Assembly (NCBI GenBank): GCA_965231765.1
Contig: OZ246887.1
Location: 2,444,538-2,508,537, forward strand
Length of the DNA: 64,000 nt
DNA from: Candidatus Binatia bacterium
GTDB lineage: Bacteria; Desulfobacterota; Binatia; Bin18
Reading direction: 5' to 3'
In this document: one piece after another, positions 8,941 through 18,397 of the stretch
Position numbering within the stretch: position 1 is the stretch's first letter
Layout: each line of letters opens with the position of its first letter
The notes under the pieces: model-generated
The model's input: only the letters and a program-made list of their open reading frames with translations
Told to the model about the DNA's origin: nothing
The model's database searches: none
Position numbers and translations under genes: made by a program

Positions 8941-10017
8941 TCAACGGGCCCATGATGCCTGGCGTAAAGCTGGCAACACTTCCTGGTTAAACAGCCGGTC
9001 ATGCAACGTCAAATGAAAACAATCGACCCCCAACTCGTGGAACTCGCGCATCCGCTGCAAAATCGTGTCGGGACTGCCGATCAAGCGACTAGCGAGACCT
9101 TCATTGCTATCCAAATGTGTCAGTGGATCATCACTCGGCTCCCACATGCCATGCGCTCCGCTGACTTTCTGCTGACGGCGGGCAACCATGGCTGTATCTT
9201 GGGCATTGATCATGGCCTGAATTGCGGCATCGGCTTGCGCATCCGTCTCGCGACAGAGTGGAATCGAATATACGGCAAAACGCACGTTTCGCCCCGTTTC
9301 TGCCGTGCGTTTGCGGACGGTCTGAATGATCCGGCCTATCTTCTCCGGCCTGCCGCCATTCAGAAACATCCAATCCGAGTGCTGGGCGGCCATATTCATA
9401 GCGGCAGCTGATTGCCCGCCTTGAAAGACTTCTAGGTGCGACGAAACAGGCCGCGGCTCTAGTCGTAAACCCTGCACCTGATAAAAACGCCCCTCATACG
9501 TCAGCTCTTCCTGTCTCCACGCGCCTTGCAAAATCTCCAGGAACTCCGTGGTCCGGGCATACCGCTTATCGTGCTCAATGAGTTCGGCTCCGTACATGCC
9601 AAACTCCGCCTCGTGCCAGCCAGAGGTCACATTAATCGCCCAGCGTCCCCCCGTTAGCCGATCCAAGGTCGCGCCCCATTTGGCAATTGGTGCAGGCAGA
9701 AAAAATCCCGGATGAATCGCCGTAATCAAACGGATACGTTGGGTTTGGGCAGCGTAAAAAGCTGTCATCGCCAGACAGTCGTAGCTGGAACCCTCAATTT
9801 CCTGGCCACTGCCCCACCAACGCTGGGCAACCAGCAAGTAATCGATACCAAGCGCTTCAGCAGCTTGCACTGGAGTCAGGAGCTGATCGGTCAACGGTGT
9901 ACCGGAGAGTTCAGCCAGGCTGGGTCGGCTGAGATTGGACGCTGAGTCTTTTCTCATTGTCAGTTGGGGAATAGCTAGGGCGGTTGGCGCCCAGGTACAC
10001 GTCAGAATACAACCCAT
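8941..10017 (-). CDS. LLM-class flavin-dependent oxidoreductase
   Basis: LLM-like sequence (DYLLVAQRWWG...IRLITAIHPGF...). The ATG at 10017 is preceded by GAAGGAGA. Confidence 0.8.
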   Translation of the reverse strand: MGCILTCTWAPTALAIPQLTMRKDSASNLSRPSLAELSGTPLTDQLLTPVQAAEALGIDYLLVAQRWWGSGQEIEGSSYDCLAMTAFYAAQTQRIRLITAIHPGFFLPAPIAKWGATLDRLTGGRWAINVTSGWHEAEFGMYGAELIEHDKRYARTTEFLEILQGAWRQEELTYEGRFYQVQGLRLEPRPVSSHLEVFQGGQSAAAMNMAAQHSDWMFLNGGRPEKIGRIIQTVRKRTAETGRNVRFAVYSIPLCRETDAQADAAIQAMINAQDTAMVARRQQKVSGAHGMWEPSDDPLTHLDSNEGLASRLIGSPDTILQRMREFHELGVDCFHLTLHDRLFNQEVLPALRQASWAR

Positions 10018-10203
10018 GGCCTCTCCTTCAAACAGTTTCCTCACGAAACAAATCTGCCGAAATGCCCAGTCTGTATCTCTGCGGAATCGCATTTCCAGCA
10101 GTATTGCGGGGGATCATATCGCCAATTTCACCGTCGAGGACAGCCCCCATCGGACAGATCCTTTCAAATCCTTTTTTGCCAACCTGAGTCGACAAAATAT
10201 CCC

Positions 10204-13200
10204 CTACGCGGCCCACTTCCTATCCGTACTGGCATAGTCGAGCATCCGCTCAAAAACATTGTCACATTTCTCTTTGAATAAGACGCGATCGTAGGTCTCA
10301 GGCAGATTCTTATCTAACACTTGCTCAACAGCGGTGCGGACAATTTTTTGGCTTTGGGAATCCTTATACCAATCTTGGACCAAGACCTTGGGGGCTTCTT
10401 CCAATAGACGATGCAGCAATGATTTGGCTGCGAGTTTGACCTTTTGGGTTTCGTCTTGGGTCATGCGGTCTTTTTTTAACAAGTCAAAGAGTTCCAGCTC
10501 GTCTTCGCTTAAGCCTTCGCGGACGTGACGTTGGTCTTCCTCCTGCATCTCCTTGAGAAAATTCATGAGTTCTTCGTAGGCATTCTCGGCGGACGAACCA
10601 CCCGCATTATAGGCCTCAATGATCTGTTGCAGGCGCTGGGCAAAGTCGGCTCGGGTGATGTTTTGCTGGAGCATCTGTTCGAGCTTGCGTTCAATAAACG
10701 CCCGTAGGTCGGCTATTTCGATGTTCTTGTAGATCGCCTGCTGAAAATCTTCTTTCAATTTTTTGAAGTTGATTTTGCTGAGATCCCAGGTTTTGCCTTT
10801 TTGAACCATCTGGTACTCGGCACTGTGCTCTAGTACGGCAAACTTTTCAGCATTATCGACGACCACGCTTTCGTCCAACAGCTCACCAATGCGCAGGCTC
10901 AGCGCGCTGATATCCTGCTGGTCAATTTTGCTCTCAACGATGCCGCGCAGATACTGGAAAACAGCAACAGGCCGGACCGCATCTCGGCCGAGAATCTCTG
11001 GCTTGCAGGCTTCGTACAACGACGAGATGGTATTTTCATACACGTTAAATGCTTTGCGCCACTCGTCTTTGCTGAGCAAGATGTCCGCAAACGCTTCAAG
11101 TCGGCTGAGGTTCTCAAACACCTTCTGGCTACCGAGGACTTCGTCGAGCGCAATATCTTTCTCACGGCAGAAGGCCAACCCGTGCTGAATAGCTTCTTCG
11201 AGTAGCCGAAATAGTTCAGCTTTCTCCCTGACCGGTGGTGCGTCCAGCCCTTCCTCACCTTGAGCATAGTCTTTGAGCGCCTTCTTCATGTTGCGGAAGA
11301 CGTTGTAGTAGTCGATGATTTCGCCGTTGATTTTGGACTTGCCGTTGATTTGCCATGAAGTCACTCGGTTGGCGCGAGCGATGGTCTGCATCAGGGTGTG
11401 GTCTTTCTGGGGCTTATCCATATACAGGGTGGACACCGTCGGCGCGTCAAAGCCAGTCAGCCACATGGCGCACACAAATACGAGCTGGAGTGGATGGGCT
11501 GGGTCTTTAAAATTGTCCTCGACATCAGCAGTGTTCTTATCCAGGCGGTTCATACGCTCGCGGTGGGGTTTGATGTCGAGGCCGTGTTGTTTGAACGTGT
11601 CTTCTTCACCAGCGTCTTCGCTGATGACGACGGCCATCTCGACCGTTCGCATGTAGTCAACGATCTTTTTCAGGCGGGCTTTTTTAATATCGTTGCTGGA
11701 TTTTTGAATCTGTCTGCGTAGGTCTCTGAGCCGCGCTTTCCACAGCCGTTGGACTTTGTCATACATCCGGACAGCGGTGAATTTGTCCAGCGTAATGACT
11801 AGCCCTTTGCCCAGATAGCCGCGACGCGGGAAGTGGAAGACAATGTCTTTGGCGATCGTCTCTAGGCGGTCGTCGCGTTTGATGACTTCGATCTCACGGG
11901 CGAAACGTTTTTCGAGTTTGGCTTGCTGAGCATCGTCGAGATTTTCGTCTTCCAGAATCTCATAAAATTCTTCGCTCAGGTCTTCATTCTGAATTAAGAC
12001 TGAAGGCACACGCTTTTCATAGAACAGCGGCACGGTCGCGCCGTCATCCATTGACTGCTGAAAGTTGTATTCAGAGACGTAATCTCCGAACCAGGCATTC
12101 GTTTTACGGTCGCGGCCCAGCAACGGAGTGCCGGTAAAGGCCAAGTACTGCGCGTTGGGTAGACCCGCACGCATATTCTCAGCCAGCGATTTGTACTGGG
12201 TGCGGTGCGCCTCATCGACGATGACAATAATGTCGTCACGATCGGACAGCAGCGGATATGTCTTGCCTTTGGTATAGCGGAATTTGTGAATGAGGGTGAA
12301 GACCAGGCGCTTGTTCTGGCCCAGGAACTTGCGCATCTCGGCGCTGTCTTTGGGCTGGGCGGCTTCAGCTTTGGTGACTGTGCCAGTGTTGAGGAAGTTT
12401 TTGTAGATCTGGCCGTCGAGGTCTTCGCGGTCGGTAATGACGACAAAAGTAAAATTGCCCGGCTGTTTACGGAAGATTTTACGGGCATAGAAGATCATCG
12501 AAAAGCTTTTGCCCGAACCCTGGGTGTGCCAGAAGACGCCAAGTTTGCCCTGCTTCTGTTTGCGCTGCTGGAAGCCTGCATAGGCGGTATTCACGCCGAT
12601 GAACTGATGGTTTTGAGCAATGATCTTTTGGTGCTCCCCGTGGTACAGGACAAAGTTCTCAACATAATCGAGCAGCCGGGCTTGCGTACACACACCAGCA
12701 ACGGCACGTTCGAGGCTGGTCCCTTGTTCGCGGATTTTATCGCGGTCGATTTTTTCTTTTTCGTCATCTGCCCGTAGCCAGGTAAAGAAGTGCTCCCATT
12801 CTGAGGTGATGCTGCCAACACGCGTTTCCATCGCGTTGGACACAACGCAAAAGGCGTTGGTCAGAAACAGCTGTGGGATGTCGGCTTTGTAGTTGGTCAG
12901 GTTATCGTCAAAGGCGGTTTTGAGTTTGACGTTGGAGTTCTTGAGTTCAATGAACACCAGTGGGATGCCGTTGATGTACAGCAGGACATCCGGGCGACGA
13001 TAGCGGCGCTCGCCTTTGATCCACAGTTGGGAGACGGCCAGGTAACGGTTTTCATCGGGATTGTTGAAGTCGATCAGTCGCAGGCGTTCGTGTTGGTTTC
13101 GACCTACGGTATTCTCAAACTCGACTGGGATGCCGTCGCGAATCAAGCTGTCGATTTCACGGTTGGCGGCAATGAGCGACATGGCCTGGCGTTTGGCGGT

Positions 13201-13434
13201 GAACTTAGTCAGTGCTTCGTCTCTGGCGGATTCGGGAATGCTGGGATTGAGGCGGACGCTTGCTTCTTTGAGCCGGTCGGTGAAGATGACATCGTGTTTG
13301 TCGGTACGGCCTGATCCGTCGTTTAGATCGTCAGGATCTGCCGTGTAGCAGTCGAGCACGTCAAAACTGTGCAGATGTTGCAGGTTTTGGAGCAGGGCTT
13401 GCTCAATGTCGTCTTCGGAAATGAAATTAGGCAT
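10204..13434 (-). CDS. hsdR: type I restriction enzyme R subunit (HsdR), DEAD/SF2 helicase-nuclease
   Basis: 1076 aa from ATG 13434 (MPNFISEDDIEQALL). Helicase motifs GSGKS, DEAH (VIVDEAHRTQ). The start overlaps the hsdS stop by 8 nt. Confidence 0.9.
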   Translation of the reverse strand: MPNFISEDDIEQALLQNLQHLHSFDVLDCYTADPDDLNDGSGRTDKHDVIFTDRLKEASVRLNPSIPESARDEALTKFTAKRQAMSLIAANREIDSLIRDGIPVEFENTVGRNQHERLRLIDFNNPDENRYLAVSQLWIKGERRYRRPDVLLYINGIPLVFIELKNSNVKLKTAFDDNLTNYKADIPQLFLTNAFCVVSNAMETRVGSITSEWEHFFTWLRADDEKEKIDRDKIREQGTSLERAVAGVCTQARLLDYVENFVLYHGEHQKIIAQNHQFIGVNTAYAGFQQRKQKQGKLGVFWHTQGSGKSFSMIFYARKIFRKQPGNFTFVVITDREDLDGQIYKNFLNTGTVTKAEAAQPKDSAEMRKFLGQNKRLVFTLIHKFRYTKGKTYPLLSDRDDIIVIVDEAHRTQYKSLAENMRAGLPNAQYLAFTGTPLLGRDRKTNAWFGDYVSEYNFQQSMDDGATVPLFYEKRVPSVLIQNEDLSEEFYEILEDENLDDAQQAKLEKRFAREIEVIKRDDRLETIAKDIVFHFPRRGYLGKGLVITLDKFTAVRMYDKVQRLWKARLRDLRRQIQKSSNDIKKARLKKIVDYMRTVEMAVVISEDAGEEDTFKQHGLDIKPHRERMNRLDKNTADVEDNFKDPAHPLQLVFVCAMWLTGFDAPTVSTLYMDKPQKDHTLMQTIARANRVTSWQINGKSKINGEIIDYYNVFRNMKKALKDYAQGEEGLDAPPVREKAELFRLLEEAIQHGLAFCREKDIALDEVLGSQKVFENLSRLEAFADILLSKDEWRKAFNVYENTISSLYEACKPEILGRDAVRPVAVFQYLRGIVESKIDQQDISALSLRIGELLDESVVVDNAEKFAVLEHSAEYQMVQKGKTWDLSKINFKKLKEDFQQAIYKNIEIADLRAFIERKLEQMLQQNITRADFAQRLQQIIEAYNAGGSSAENAYEELMNFLKEMQEEDQRHVREGLSEDELELFDLLKKDRMTQDETQKVKLAAKSLLHRLLEEAPKVLVQDWYKDSQSQKIVRTAVEQVLDKNLPETYDRVLFKEKCDNVFERMLDYASTDRKWAA

Positions 13435-14731
13435 GGGTGAAGTCAAGTTCGAGTTGTTCGGTCGTTGTTTGCTCTTGCATGCTGGGTGGGAAGTGGATGT
13501 CGAGGTCTTCGACGGAGAGTTTGCCGGAGATGAGACGGGGGAGTAAGCGGTCACGACTTGCCGCCAGTATTTCGTTGGATTTCACCAGATTGATAATCTG
13601 AGTAAACGCTTTGTCGAAATGACGCTGAAACGCCTCCAGCAATTCGTCGTCCGGAATTTTTATTTCTAGCTTCTTCAGAAAATCCCAATCCGCACGAGGC
13701 ATCTTCGTTCCCTTTGAAGCGGTTGTAGCTAACTCAATGAAGGTTTTACTAAAAACTGTAAAGAGCAAGAAGCCTTCAAACTCTCTGCTTTTGGGTCTGA
13801 TGACGATGGCATCAGAGGAGCAGGCACCAGAAAAATGTACTAATGCTACCTTGTGCAAATATGGCCTAATCTTCGCAAAAAGGATGTCTCTTTCTTGAAA
13901 AAGAAGTTTATTGCTCTCTACTGAATCCCCCGTAGCCGATTCGATAATCGTTATTGATTCTCTGGGGATGTGCTCCAGACCTAAATATTTTTCACTATCG
14001 GAAAGATCCTTCTTCTTTACCCCTTTCCTTATTTCACCAGAAATGCTGGCAATTGGTCTAACCTCCCACCCCTCCGGCACTCCCTTCACAAACTTCACCT
14101 TTTCATGCCCCGGAAAGCGCATCCGCACAAACCATTCGCGGTAGATTTCCTCGGCCATTTTTTCCAGCAGCACGATGCGGCGTTTGTTGTTTTCGATTAG
14201 GTCGTCGTAGGCGGAGAGAATGGCGGCGATTTTTTTCTGGATATCGGGAGGCGGCAGATAAAACTCGTACCTGAAGATTGAATCTAAAGTGATGCTAGCC
14301 TGATTGGCTGCTCCCTGCGCAGTATTGATTATATATCCTTTAAAGCTTCCGTCTTTGAGTAGATAGAACAAAAAATCATTGTGGATTCCTTCCGTAGGCC
14401 GAACAATAACCGCATTTTGATTGAGGAGAGATCTGTCCAATACCTTTGGAATTCTTATGACCTTCCCTACTACTGATTCCGGATTATTTGGCCAAGATCC
14501 AACCGTTTGGATTACAATATCACCTTCGATTAGCTCGGTATCTTTTCTCTCCGCAGCAATATTTTCAGCCACATAAACCAAATTGTTCGCGTCGACAGAA
14601 CTCTCGGTAAAATTCGCAACCTTAACAACAGGAATCCCAGTTTCTTGGAACCATTCGCTTTTAAAAGCGAATCCTTTTTTATGGGAAACGGCACCTCCGA
14701 GTCCTCGTGTTGACCATTTACTCATTGTCAT
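13427..14731 (-). CDS. hsdS: type I restriction-modification specificity subunit (HsdS), two TRDs
   Basis: 434 aa with two target-recognition halves separated by a conserved central helix (IVLLEKMAEEIYREWFVRMRF) and a C-terminal repeat (LPRLISGKLSVEDL). Confidence 0.85.
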   Translation of the reverse strand: MTMSKWSTRGLGGAVSHKKGFAFKSEWFQETGIPVVKVANFTESSVDANNLVYVAENIAAERKDTELIEGDIVIQTVGSWPNNPESVVGKVIRIPKVLDRSLLNQNAVIVRPTEGIHNDFLFYLLKDGSFKGYIINTAQGAANQASITLDSIFRYEFYLPPPDIQKKIAAILSAYDDLIENNKRRIVLLEKMAEEIYREWFVRMRFPGHEKVKFVKGVPEGWEVRPIASISGEIRKGVKKKDLSDSEKYLGLEHIPRESITIIESATGDSVESNKLLFQERDILFAKIRPYLHKVALVHFSGACSSDAIVIRPKSREFEGFLLFTVFSKTFIELATTASKGTKMPRADWDFLKKLEIKIPDDELLEAFQRHFDKAFTQIINLVKSNEILAASRDRLLPRLISGKLSVEDLDIHFPPSMQEQTTTEQLELDFTHA

Positions 14732-16160
14732 CAGCCAAGATGCTCCGTAGCTTGTGTCCTTTTTCCGTCAACCGATATTGCTGCAACCGACTGGTGGGCT
14801 TTTCAGGAATCGTCCACTCAATCAAACCCTCTTGCAGCAGTATACGCACCTGCTTATTGAGTTCACCTGAAACAGTGGCATGCCCAAGGCTAGCAGCCAG
14901 GTTCGCTTTCCCCATAGGTGCCCTTTTTAACGCAACAAGAATCTTCTTACTAAGATATGACTCTGGCCGTGACTCTGGCCGTGACTCTGGCCGTGACTCT
15001 GGCCCCGCCGCCAAATCTCTCTGTTCCTCATCCGCCAATCCTGCCTTCACCGGATCACGAGGAAAGACCACATTCATCCAATGTTCTTGTGGTCTGATCT
15101 GTGGTTCTGGAACGCCGTAATCCCGACATAAGTCTCTGATCCGCTTGATACCAGTGCCGATCTGTTCAACCATGTCCATACGGTAAAAAATACCGAACAG
15201 CAGCGGGTTGCGGGGCACGCTCTTGATCCCTAATTCTTCTTCAGTCATCCCAGCAGGCAGCCCGCCTGGATTGATGATTTCCACTCGATCACGAAATATG
15301 TGGACCTGCACATTAGCAGTTGAGCGATAATCGCGGTGTGCTACCGCATTGACGATCGCTTCTCGTAGGGCATCAACGGGCAGCTCAGGACGCTCTTCGC
15401 GTGTGATTTGTGGTTTAATAATAAATTCGGTGTTGAGCTTAGAAACAACGTATGACACGACATCTCGACAGACCGTATACAAGTCGGCCGTAAAATCTTT
15501 CCGGTCAAGAATATAAACGTTGGTTTTCCCCTGGAATAATGCGCAGGATACATGTGCACGCAGACTGAACTTTTGAATATTCTCCGCTAGTAACCACGCC
15601 CCAGCATGGGTCATAGTCTTGCCCCGCAGCAAGCCCAGATTCTGCAAGGTTGATAACGGCTCCATACCGTCAGGAATAGAGGCGCGTTTGGAAAACCCCT
15701 TCCAAACGGTATCTGTCAAATCTTCTTCCAGACTGAAACGAGTACACGGCGTTTCATCAAAATGAATCACGCCCTCTTGAAAGAAGAACTCGCGGATCTC
15801 ATTTCGACTCAGCTGCTGCGAAGACGCGCCTTCTCTCAAATAGAACTTCCCAGCAAACGAGTAGGGTTTACCGTTTTGCGCGGGAATAGACACAACGAGA
15901 ACATCACTGACGCTTTCCACATCAATGACTAAGGGTGGGTCCACGGAGCGAGCCAGGCTTTGGACGATGGACTTGAGCTTATTATGGTCTTTAACCCCGT
16001 GAATTGTTCCATCGTCGGCCACGCCGATTAGCACAACTCCACCAGTTGCATTGGCAAACGCACACAGTTCTCGCCCCAAATCGCTCGTGCCAGAACGTTT
16101 GAACTCGCTTGTAAAGCCTTCACCGAGAGCAATGAGCGCGTTGAGAGTGTCTTGGGTCAT
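14718..16160 (-). CDS. AlbA_2 (Schlafen-like divergent AAA) + HATPase_c_4 (RecG-C-like) + winged-helix protein, embedded in the hsd operon
   Basis: The N-terminal AlbA_2 motif is LCAFANATGGVVLIGV. The middle HATPase_c_4 motif is AIVNAVAHRDY...IINPGG. The C-terminus has a wHTH. It lies between hsdM and hsdS and overlaps the hsdS start by 14 nt. Confidence 0.8.
   Translation of the reverse strand: MTQDTLNALIALGEGFTSEFKRSGTSDLGRELCAFANATGGVVLIGVADDGTIHGVKDHNKLKSIVQSLARSVDPPLVIDVESVSDVLVVSIPAQNGKPYSFAGKFYLREGASSQQLSRNEIREFFFQEGVIHFDETPCTRFSLEEDLTDTVWKGFSKRASIPDGMEPLSTLQNLGLLRGKTMTHAGAWLLAENIQKFSLRAHVSCALFQGKTNVYILDRKDFTADLYTVCRDVVSYVVSKLNTEFIIKPQITREERPELPVDALREAIVNAVAHRDYRSTANVQVHIFRDRVEIINPGGLPAGMTEEELGIKSVPRNPLLFGIFYRMDMVEQIGTGIKRIRDLCRDYGVPEPQIRPQEHWMNVVFPRDPVKAGLADEEQRDLAAGPESRPESRPESRPESYLSKKILVALKRAPMGKANLAASLGHATVSGELNKQVRILLQEGLIEWTIPEKPTSRLQQYRLTEKGHKLRSILADDNE
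14959..15004 (-). repeat. in-frame 12-bp tandem repeat (gactctggccgt x3.8) encoding (RPES)4 linker
   Basis: The direct repeat is visible in the sequence, inside the CDS 14718..16160 between the HATPase_c_4 and wHTH domains. Confidence 0.9.
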
Positions 16161-16188
16161 GATTTCTACGCGGCGTTGTTATTCAGCG

Positions 16189-18279
16189 TCAACTATCATC
16201 ACCAGCCAACTGCTTCACATTATGCGCAATGACGGACTCAAGCGCAGCAGCTTGCTTATTCAACTCCAGGAGTTCTGCATTGAGAGACAGAATTTCTTCA
16301 ATAAACTCCTCCTCAGTCTTGCCGTCCTCCTCAATCACCACACCCACATACCGGCCCGGATTGAGCGAATAATCTTGCTCCTTGACTTCCTCTAGCGTGG
16401 CCAGTTTGCACAGGCCAGTCACATCTTCGTATTCCGCCTTGGGGAAGCGTTCTTGGAGCCAATGGATATGGATGAAAAAGCTCTCGGCGGTTTTCACCTC
16501 GGTGTGCAGGGCTTCGAGCGCGGTTTTAAGGGCTTTGGTTTGGCGGTCTCCGCTACTGCGTTTGCCGTTGGTATTGGCCTGTTGCTTTTCGTGCTGGCGG
16601 ACAATGGTATCCAGCTGCTTTAGGCCGGCATGTAGAGCCATGAAAAAGGGATCAAAAGCCTGACGCAGTTGATGCTGAGCGTGATTCTTTTTGGCAACAT
16701 CTGTTTGGTCACTGTGCTTGTGTTGATACGCATCGTAGCGCGTCTGGAGCTGCGTCAGTCCCGCCCATTGCCTGACCAGCTCGGCGACTGCGTGTTTGCC
16801 GTTTGCGTCGTCCAACACCTCTAACAATTGCTCAGAGACCGGTTCGACTTGGGTTTTGTTCTCAATGAGTTTGTCCATGCCTTGCGCGAAATACGTATCA
16901 ATCAGCTGCACAAACGTGTCGCGCTTGCCTTTGTGCAAGTGGCTGATGATAGCGACGTTCTGAATCTGCTCTTCAGAAAACTCACGGTGGGCACGGTCGA
17001 TCGGAGTGAAGATATTCCGCGCATCGATAAACAGAATATGCTTGTCCGCCTTGGCCGTATCAAAGAACCATAGCGTCGCTGGCAAGGTGACGGTGTAGAA
17101 CATATTCGACGGCAAGGTCAGCATGCCGTAAATGAGATTCTTCTCAATCAGTGTCTGCCGGATATCAGCCTCAGAGTGCCGAGCATCTGAGGCCGAATTG
17201 GCCATGACCAGAGCCGCCCGGCCGTGCTCCTTGAGCGAAGAGGCAAACAGGTTGATCCACAGATAGTTGGCGTTTGGGACGGTCTCTTTGCCTTGGTCAC
17301 TCTTTTTGACCTTGCTTTTATTGCGCGGAATACCAAAGGTTTTGAAGCGCGCGTCTTTGCCGACACTGTCAAAGCTGACATCGTCTACATTAAACGGCGG
17401 ATTGGCCATCACATAGTCAAATTTGCCAAAGCTGCCGTAGGGATCTTCATAATAACTGTTGGCTTGGCGCACTTCCCCGCGCAGGCCATTCACCGCCAGG
17501 TTCATTTTGGCCAGCTTGACAGTCTCTAATGTTTTTTCCTGCCCATAGACATAGATATCGCCGTCAGGCGTATTCGGGCCATTTTTCCCATTCCGGCCTG
17601 CCAGGTCGTTACGATGTCGCTCAATGAACTGCGCCGACTGGACAAACATCCCACCTGAACCGCAAGCAGGGTCAAACACCGTGCCGCGATAGGGTTCGAT
17701 AATCTCTACCATCAGTCGCACAACCGAACGCGGGGTAAAGAACTCGCCACCCTTTTGGCCTTCGCTCTTGGCAAACTCGCCCAGAAAATACTCATAGATT
17801 TGCCCGAACATATCGCCGCTGGCGTCTGGCGGGATATCGGCAAAGTTTTTCAGCAACTGGTTGGGAATAGTTTTATCGGTCCGGGTCAGGCGGGTGTATT
17901 CATCCTGAGGCAGCACGCCTTGCAGCTCGGGTTTATACTTCTCAATTGCTTCCATCGCCTTTTTTATTGCCTTGGTGATGTTTTCCTGCTCTGGCAGGCT
18001 GAGCAAATAATCGTAGCGCGCATGATCCGGTAGATAGAAGCCACACTTTTCAATCGCAATCTCTGAAATCGGTTTCTCCCGACGAGTGTCTTTGAGCTTC
18101 TTGTATTCCTCTAAGATGTCAGGTTCGTGCCTGCGATAATTGTTGTCCGCAAACTTCAGAAAGATCAGCCCCAGCACTGGGGTTGAGTATTCACTGGCCT
18201 TCAAGTCCGAGTTTGCCCGCAGGTTATCTGCTGCCGCCCACAGGTTATTTTCGAGTTGTTTGAGTTGTTCTTTTGTCAT
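16189..18279 (-). CDS. hsdM: type I restriction-modification N6-adenine DNA methyltransferase (HsdM), with a long C-terminal extension
   Basis: HsdM N-terminal domain (NLWAAADNLR), SAM-binding DPACGSGGM, catalytic NPPF. At 696 aa it is about 150-200 aa longer than typical HsdM, and the tail is coiled-coil-like. Confidence 0.9.
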   Translation of the reverse strand: MTKEQLKQLENNLWAAADNLRANSDLKASEYSTPVLGLIFLKFADNNYRRHEPDILEEYKKLKDTRREKPISEIAIEKCGFYLPDHARYDYLLSLPEQENITKAIKKAMEAIEKYKPELQGVLPQDEYTRLTRTDKTIPNQLLKNFADIPPDASGDMFGQIYEYFLGEFAKSEGQKGGEFFTPRSVVRLMVEIIEPYRGTVFDPACGSGGMFVQSAQFIERHRNDLAGRNGKNGPNTPDGDIYVYGQEKTLETVKLAKMNLAVNGLRGEVRQANSYYEDPYGSFGKFDYVMANPPFNVDDVSFDSVGKDARFKTFGIPRNKSKVKKSDQGKETVPNANYLWINLFASSLKEHGRAALVMANSASDARHSEADIRQTLIEKNLIYGMLTLPSNMFYTVTLPATLWFFDTAKADKHILFIDARNIFTPIDRAHREFSEEQIQNVAIISHLHKGKRDTFVQLIDTYFAQGMDKLIENKTQVEPVSEQLLEVLDDANGKHAVAELVRQWAGLTQLQTRYDAYQHKHSDQTDVAKKNHAQHQLRQAFDPFFMALHAGLKQLDTIVRQHEKQQANTNGKRSSGDRQTKALKTALEALHTEVKTAESFFIHIHWLQERFPKAEYEDVTGLCKLATLEEVKEQDYSLNPGRYVGVVIEEDGKTEEEFIEEILSLNAELLELNKQAAALESVIAHNVKQLAGDDS

Positions 18280-18397
18280 TGAGAAGAAAAACGTCTATTG
18301 CTGCGTCATCGTCGTCGTACGGGTCAGTCAACTCGAAAGTTGCTTCGGGAAAGACTCTTGGAATCGCTGCTCGGACTCTTTGAGGGCTTGGTACACT

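Noticed and set aside
12205-12777. 190-aa plus-strand ORF inside hsdR, along with several other 60-220-aa ORFs antisense to large genes (e.g. 3119-3778, 3800-4465, 17224-17529, 25697-26431, 44078-44731, 45505-46002, 60710-61231)
   Set aside because: These are shadow ORFs on the opposite strand of well-supported genes in GC-rich DNA. They have no Shine-Dalgarno, no recognisable domains and Arg/Pro/Ser-rich artefactual composition.
13435-13554. 120-nt 5' extension of hsdR (MTAYSPVSSPANSPSK...) overlapping hsdS
   Set aside because: The low-complexity Ser/Thr/Pro extension lies in the hsdS coding region. The conserved HsdR N-terminus begins at MPNFISEDD (ATG 13434).
14959-15004. Possible CRISPR array
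   Set aside because: The repeats are 12 bp, perfectly tandem with no spacers, and lie in-frame inside a coding region. No cas genes are present. I saw no CRISPR array anywhere in the window.
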